Of a stretch of 64,000 bases of DNA, positions 57,238 through 64,000 are shown piece after piece (the first letter of the stretch is position 1; every line of letters starts with the position of its first letter). Location of the stretch: the NCBI RefSeq assembly GCF_006345805.1, contig NC_042999.1:76880001-76944000 (forward strand). Direction: 5' to 3'. Under the pieces are notes generated by a model. The model was not told the DNA's origin, did no database searches, and saw only the letters and a program-made list of their open reading frames with translations. Both the position numbers and the translations under genes were made by a program. This DNA is from Octopus sinensis (lineage: Eukaryota).

Positions 57238-57964
57238 TGCTATTTTAACGGTGTCGTTTTACTCTTCATTATCGCTAGCCTTCATCATCATTACAGTAAC
57301 TAACAAATAGAAGAAAGTCTTGGTGAGATAAAATGATTGATTGCGGAATATAAAAAAAAATTCGAAAACAATACTGTTTGAAAACAACTACACACACACA
57401 CACACACACCACACACACACACACGTTCAGGACCGAGTGTGTCATACAAGACTCATCTCTTTTCGCTCACCACTACTCTTCGACCTGTTACTTCGTCCTC
57501 TACCTGCCACCAAAACCCATTCGCTACAAACACTTTTTCTCGCCTCGGCACTCCTACAATGACTTGTCACCTTTATTGAATCTAACCTCAGGCACTGTTA
57601 CTTCACTTTTCACAATCTTTCTTCCCATAACTGCCTCTATGGCACGCCTTTCCTGTCTATATTTTCAACCAAACAACTGACTTACAAAACTTCAAAAGTT
57701 TAAATTGAACATCAATCGCATTGATCCTAGCAACTATCCCTCCTACTGCTCTTTCTATAATGACCTGAAAGAGTTACAGACGAACTCATAAAATAAAATA
57801 CATTTGTGTAACTCTCCATTTCTGTGTTCGCAAGATACTTGATTAGTAATGTCTTGTAAATTGTGACAGATAATGAAAAGATAATTATTGGTACCATAAC
57901 CAATGAAAGTTATCCGAGGCATAGTTATTGCTAGTTGAAATTGTTAAAATTGTGGTATATTAAA

Positions 57965-58039
<75 letters not shown>

Positions 58040-58189
58040 TGCTATTTTAACGGTGTCGTTTTACTCTTCATTATCGCTAGCCTTCATCATCATTACAGTA
58101 ACTAACAAATAGAAGAAAGTCTTGGTGAGATAAAATGATTGATTGCGGAATATAAAAAAAAATTCGAAAACAATACTGTTTGAAAACAA

Positions 58190-58192
<3 letters not shown>
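56610..58192 (+). repeat. Tandem duplication, 2 units, period ~815 bp
   Basis: 56610-57390 is nearly identical to 57425-58192; units are bounded by (CA)n. Confidence 0.95.
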
Positions 58193-58232
<40 letters not shown>

Positions 58233-59902
58233 CACACATTCACACACAGGGTGAAAACAGTACACAAAGCCAAACAGATAATGGAAACGCAACGATCTTG
58301 TTTCTACAGCCATTTTGTGACAGAGTTCTTTGAAACAGAGGGGAAAAAACAACGGAGGAATGACTAAAAAAATACTAATTATCTCAAAACATTCATTTCT
58401 GGTGTTTTATAATGGATGAAAGAAATGAGTCGTTATGCAATGACTAGAAATGTGCTTTGGGGCGCCTCGATTTCAGCTGATCAAATTGTCGACAACACTG
58501 ATTGTGATTGTTCCAAGAAAAATAAATGCAAACATGCCAACATACATATTTCAGTGATTCTGTGTGTGTGTGTGTGGTGTGTGTGTGTGTGTGTGTCTGT
58601 GTGTGTCTGTGTGTGTGTGTGTGTGCGTGAGCATGTTTCTGTGTATGTATATAAGCGTGTGTGTATATATGTGCGCATGTGCGTGTGCGTATTGATATAT
58701 TTGCATTTATGTATACACATACACACATATATTTGTATATATTTATGCATGCTCTGCATGTGTGTATATAAGTGTGTGTACGCGTTGATATATACAAGTA
58801 TATAAGTGTGTGTGAGGCTGATATAATTATATATACATATATATACATACACATATATATATATATCATCTGCAGTATGTGTGTGCATACGTGTGTATGT
58901 ATGTATGTGTATGTGTGTATGTGTATGTGTTCGTATCTGTATACAGAGGAAGATAGAAGTAGATGGGCAGATAGATTATTTATTTATTTATTCATTTATT
59001 TATTTATTTATTTATTTATGCAACAGCAGGATCAAACAATGGAATGTTTATTTAATAGTTCCTCTGATTTGGGTTTTGTTTTGTAATTTACTTACCAAGA
59101 TATCATCTTTCGCCCCTCTCCACATTCAATCTTCGTTATTTGGACAGTCCTTTTACTGAGAAGTGTTGTTGTTGTTGCTGTTGTTGTTGTTGTTGTTGTT
59201 GTGTTGCTGCTGTTGATGATGATGTTGTTGTTGTTATTGTTGTTGTTGTTGTTGTTCAGCTATATGTCAGCTCCAGTTGAACAGATCTATAGTCAAACAT
59301 TTTCCGACCTTGACCATTCTGTCGAAATTTTAGGAATACCCTATCTAGAACTAATCATCGAATATGCCCTTGATTTTGGCTTATCAAGATGGTTCTGTAT
59401 AATTTGAGTGACATTTGGTTGCTATTTCAAGCAATTCAAATGGTTGGCTAGAGGCTCCCTCACTGGATTCTTCATTTTCCAGTTGTTGAAGTAACTGCTG
59501 TTGTTATTCATCCCCAAGTTGAACCTGATTTAGCGAAATCAAAGCCTTTCTAGCCGTGACCAGCCTGTTTTGTTTTTGGAACTTAATAAATATGTACATC
59601 ATTTTTAACATGGTACGATATCGGTTGAATAAGATTTAGCAGCAGCCATGTGGAGATCCCTTCTTCTTGCTCAGACTCTCGTTGGTTCCTTCATTTTGCA
59701 GTTGCCAACTCGGCTGTCAGATTTTGTTAAAATTTATGGATTCCATAAGGTCACACACAAGAGATGTAATCAAAAATAGAACTGAAATCACATATAATGC
59801 ATGTATACGTAAGTTTGTATGCATGCAGATCTCTGTGTATATATGTGTGTATGTGTAAGTTTGTACGAACATATGTGTATGTGTGCATGTATGTATGTAC
59901 GA

Positions 59903-59946
<44 letters not shown>

Positions 59947-61326
59947 GCTTTCCTGGTTTTATCTTCCGAGTTTATCACCAATGGAAATAGAACCGGTTTC
60001 TAGACTAAAAATAAAACTCTTTCATTGGAATTATAGTCATCAATAAGGCAACCTTGTATGTATGTATGTATGTATGTATGTATGTATGTATGTATGTATG
60101 TATGTATGTATGTATGTATGTGTGTACGTATGTATGTATCTGTTCTCTTTTGTTTTCAATTATTTCAAGTTTTTCTGTAAGGAAGGAACTGGTTTCTAAC
60201 AAAGATACAAAGCTCCATCGTTGGAATGGCAAAAACGATATCACATTTTGAACTTCAGAAATGCCATGCATAATTTTAATGTTCTGCTTACAGATCGTAT
60301 CAGCAATGCGCGTGGTAGCTGGTTGATTTCTTTTTTTGAAAATCCTTGATTTTCCAGATTGTCACTCAGGTATTTACTCACTACATCAGGTAGCATTTAT
60401 ACTAATGTGAATTTATAATCTGGATATGGAAGCTGAAGGTTTCGAAGCAGTTGTCCATAATTTTTCTCTATCTTTTTGATTTTCGAAGAGATAACCATAT
60501 CGGCTGACCTCAAAGACATTACATCTATTCCAAACATATGCATGCATGCATGTATGTATGTAGGTAGGTAGGTAGATATGTAGGTAGGTAGGTAGGTAGG
60601 TAGGTAGGTAGGTAGGTAGGTAGTAGGTAGGTAGGCAGGCAGGCAGACAGGCAGGCATTATATCGGACACGGACATCGCTGATTGGTTAAGAAGTTCAGT
60701 TCGCGATTATGATGTGACAAGCTTGATTCCATTTTGGGTATCTTTTACCGTAATCTCTGGCCATTTCTTGTTTTATGAATAAAATTGGATCAGCGGAAAT
60801 AGTATACAATAGTGTCGGATCAATTGTACGAGTTATTCAAAAGGTCGGCTTTGTCATACATTCTGTCGGGTGTATTCTGCTTGTGGATTATTATAAGACA
60901 TTTTCAACCGCAGTGCCACATATGTGCCACATATATCTGCAGGTATACCGCGCGTTATTGAGTCGAGCCAGGAAATGCTAGAATATTTAGAAAGCTTGAG
61001 TGTAAAATTAATTTATAATTTAATGCTTTCCTGTTCGGATCGGTTGAACATGTTTCCGTCAGTGAGTTAATTGCTTATGAATTATTTATTACTAAAACAA
61101 ATTCGTGTATGTCTGTCATGCTGTGAACTTGGCCATCAAAAAATAACTTGAACTCAATTCACACCTTACGTCATTTTGCAATGAAGCGTGTATGTATATG
61201 TGTTTGGATGTATGTGTATGCGTGTGTATGTGTGTGTGTGTGTGCGTGTCTGTGTGTGTTAAATAAAATGAGACAACAAAGCCAAGGCAGTGTGAAATTT
61301 CTAGGATATTTATAAAGAGAAAGGTA

Positions 61327-61374
61327 GTCTTACAGCTGTTTCAGGGATATGAGGGCTATCCCTTCATCAGAGAC
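61327..61374 (-). ncRNA. Canonical minimal type I hammerhead ribozyme
   Basis: GTCT-CTGATGA-AGGGATA-gccctca-TATCCCT-GAAAC-AGCT-GTA-AGAC; all stems perfect; GUA site. Confidence 0.85.
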
Positions 61375-61694
61375 GATATGAGAGAGTTAAATAGAGGGAA
61401 ACAGTAGAGTTCAATATGAGGAGTTATTCTGGAAAGGGAGCGATATAGGAAGTATATCACTCATACTATTTTCGAATAGTAGCACTTACATAGCCTTACC
61501 TGCCTTGTTGGGTTTTCTGGATACCAAAACCTCTCATATATATATATTTGTTTTATTTTATATTATTTTATTTTATCTAGTTTCAGCTCACGAACTGTGG
61601 CCATGCTGGGGCACCGCCATTTGGTGTTGTTACATGATTTTACTTCACGAATGCTTTTTAGCAATTGCCATTTGGTGCATGAAAGAGTTCGATG

Positions 61695-61747
<53 letters not shown>

Positions 61748-61804
61748 CGGAGATGTACTCGCAAAAAAGTGATTTGATCTCAGATCGTGTGCTGAAACGA
61801 AAAC

Positions 61805-62347
61805 AATTGCAGCGTGGAAGGTGTTTATAAGCCATTTAAGAAACACACAAAAGCCGTTCGATTCACTTCAACATTCAAGTTTAATTTGTCAAAATATTTT
61901 CGTCGCTAAAATCCACGACCTGTTCACTGACAAAAATCCGTGCTGCATCTGAGAAAGTAACAGTTAGTTCGTCATATATATGTACGTATGTATGTGTGTA
62001 TGTATGCATGTATGTATGTATGTATGTATGTATGTATGTATGTGTATGTATGTATGTATGTATGTATGTATGTACGTACATACGCCTGTGTATGCATGTA
62101 TGTATGTATGTATGTATGTGTGTATGTATGTATATATGTATGTGTGTGTATATGCACGCACATACACACTATAAACATAAAGCTATAAACTTGTAGTGAT
62201 GGATAGATGTAGACTGACCACTCATCACAATAATATCAAATTTCAACCTCCCCCGCCGAAACTAGGAAGTGATTTACGACCCTCACCCCCAAAAACGGCT
62301 TTTGTGTGTTTCTTAAATGGCTTACAAACACCTTCCACGCTGCAATT
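61805..62347. repeat. Inverted-repeat element (arms 61805-61858 and 62294-62347) split by (TATG)n
   Basis: AATTGCAGCGTGGAAGGTGTTT...CAAAAGCCGTT and its reverse complement. Confidence 0.9.
61885..61934 (-). ncRNA. Hammerhead-topology motif with G3-C8 variant core
   Basis: TTTGTCA-GTGAACA-G-GTCG..CGAC-GAAA-ATAT-T-T-TGACAAA. Confidence 0.6.
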
Positions 62348-62350
62348 ATA

Positions 62351-62392
<42 letters not shown>

Positions 62393-62430
62393 ATATTATA
62401 TATATATATATATATATGTATGTAAGTATG

Positions 62431-62471
<41 letters not shown>

Positions 62472-62515
62472 TATATATATATACACATACATACATATAC
62501 ATACATATATATATA

Positions 62516-62728
62516 CAGCGTGAGCCAAAAGTAGGTTTACAGTTATCACGTAGGCACTTAAATTTCTTTTAAAATATTTTATTACATTTGAATTTCTATC
62601 TTACAATTAACTAAATTAGCGTCGAACAATGGTTTCAGATATTTTTATAATTAAGATCTAAACTGTTGATATATGAATGCGAAAGAGATAGTTGAATAAC
62701 TGTAAACCTACTTTTGGGCCACCCTCTG
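62516..62728. mobile_element. Tc1/mariner-type MITE
   Basis: TIRs CAGCGTGAGCCAAAAGTAGGTTTACAGTTAT / ATAACTGTAAACCTACTTTTGGGCCACCCT. Confidence 0.85.
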
Positions 62729-62745
62729 TGTGTGTGTGTGTGTGT

Positions 62746-62837
<92 letters not shown>

Positions 62838-62838
62838 A

Positions 62839-62998
62839 CGAGGGGCTGCTGAAAGTTCCTGCCTTTAAGGGTCTCTATAAAGCTTAGAAAAAAATTGAAG
62901 GACTGTTGCAATAAGTGTGTGAATCTGAGAGGGAAATACGATTAATAAAATCAATTGTATTTTCTTTTACCCAAAACCAGGAACCCTTCGACACCTCA
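62839..62998 (+). mobile_element. Mariner-derived MITE, same family as 41299
   Basis: TA|CGAGGGGCTGCTGAAAGTTCCTG; shares GTTGCAATAAGTGTGTGAATCT; ends CCTCA|TA. Confidence 0.8.
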
Positions 62999-63599
62999 TA
63001 TATGTTTATATGTGCATGCATGTTTATGTATGAGTATGAGTATGACTGGGTTTCTAAAATCAATTGATTTACTAAGATACTCCCCCTTCTAGAATGATAC
63101 TTTCATTTTACTATTACTTTACACTGGGTTACATTTTCACGTCATATAAATTGCTACAAATATTTTCATTTATTAAAAATTTGTGTTAGGTCCATATACG
63201 TTATAATATATTCTATCATTTATGCACGTCACATTTTTTCTCTGAAGATAATAGACTTTTGGTGAAACAAACTTTCTTTTTATTATTGTATCCATATCCA
63301 TGATACGATAGATAGGTAAGCAATATAAATTTTAACCAACTTTACATGTTAACTGATATAACTAACCATTATTTAATACTGCATTGTTTATTCAGACGAC
63401 TTTTGTTTTTCGCATCATAAGATCAACAATCACAAATGTTCCCAATAACATTATCAAAGTAAAATTTTTTCTTCTCTTCTTACTTTTTCAAAAATATTAT
63501 TCCGCTTTTTACTTAATCTAAATAAAATAAACATGAATATTCGGATACTACATTGTTTTCTATTTACAGTATTTAATATATTGTAAATGATGAATTTTT

Positions 63600-64000
63600 T
63601 ATAGATCAGGACACGTTAATAAATTAATTATTAGAATTTTAGTTATTGCATTTCTAATCCAGAGATGGAAAAGCACTCTGTGCTCTACACAGACACGAGT
63701 AGTGCCATAAAATCTCTGCACTTTTACTGTCTCATCTATGCAGTTTATGTGCACAATTTGTGTGTGCAATAAAGATTTACACCAGTGCAAGCTGCTCGTT
63801 ATTTTTTAATGTACCACACAGGTTCGTGTGTACTTTTTGCAGCAAGTGCAATGTCTGTGTCCATTTCTGTTTTAATACAATTTTAATGCTTGTTTATTAG
63901 GTATTAAAATTTTATAAAAGCTGATGGTGCCTTTTAATACTTTTCGTACATTATTCGGTGTACTGGGGATCGAAAAAGGCTCAATATGTATCATGGGTAC
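63600..64000 (-). pseudogene. piggyBac-like transposase relic, internally deleted
   Basis: Minus frames KGTISFYKILIPNKQA (cf. KGRxSFRQYIPxKP) and LLQKVHTNLCGTLKNN (cf. TxxCGTLRxNR). Confidence 0.5.

Overview
Eukaryotic, AT-rich, non-coding DNA (intergenic or inside a very large intron), saturated with microsatellites and decayed transposable elements. No intact protein-coding gene is supported; most listed ORFs are translations of simple repeats. The tRNA-headed SINE families and microsatellite density resemble a coleoid cephalopod, probably Octopus (inferred from pattern recognition, not verified). Recognisable elements: Tc1 and mariner transposase relics and MITEs, a non-autonomous Helitron, a piggyBac relic, LINE relics (R4/Dong-type, Jockey/CR1-type, RTE, Ingi/I-like), at least five SINE or SINE-like families, and an ~815-bp tandem duplication. 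The most notable hidden layer is about ten minimal type I hammerhead-ribozyme motifs with palindromic stem III, often within inverted-repeat elements embedded in (TA)n, as is typical of Penelope-like retroelements. One has a compensatory G3-C8 core (GUGAACA instead of CUGAnGA). Coordinates were read by eye; element boundaries are approximate unless TIRs or TSDs are quoted.
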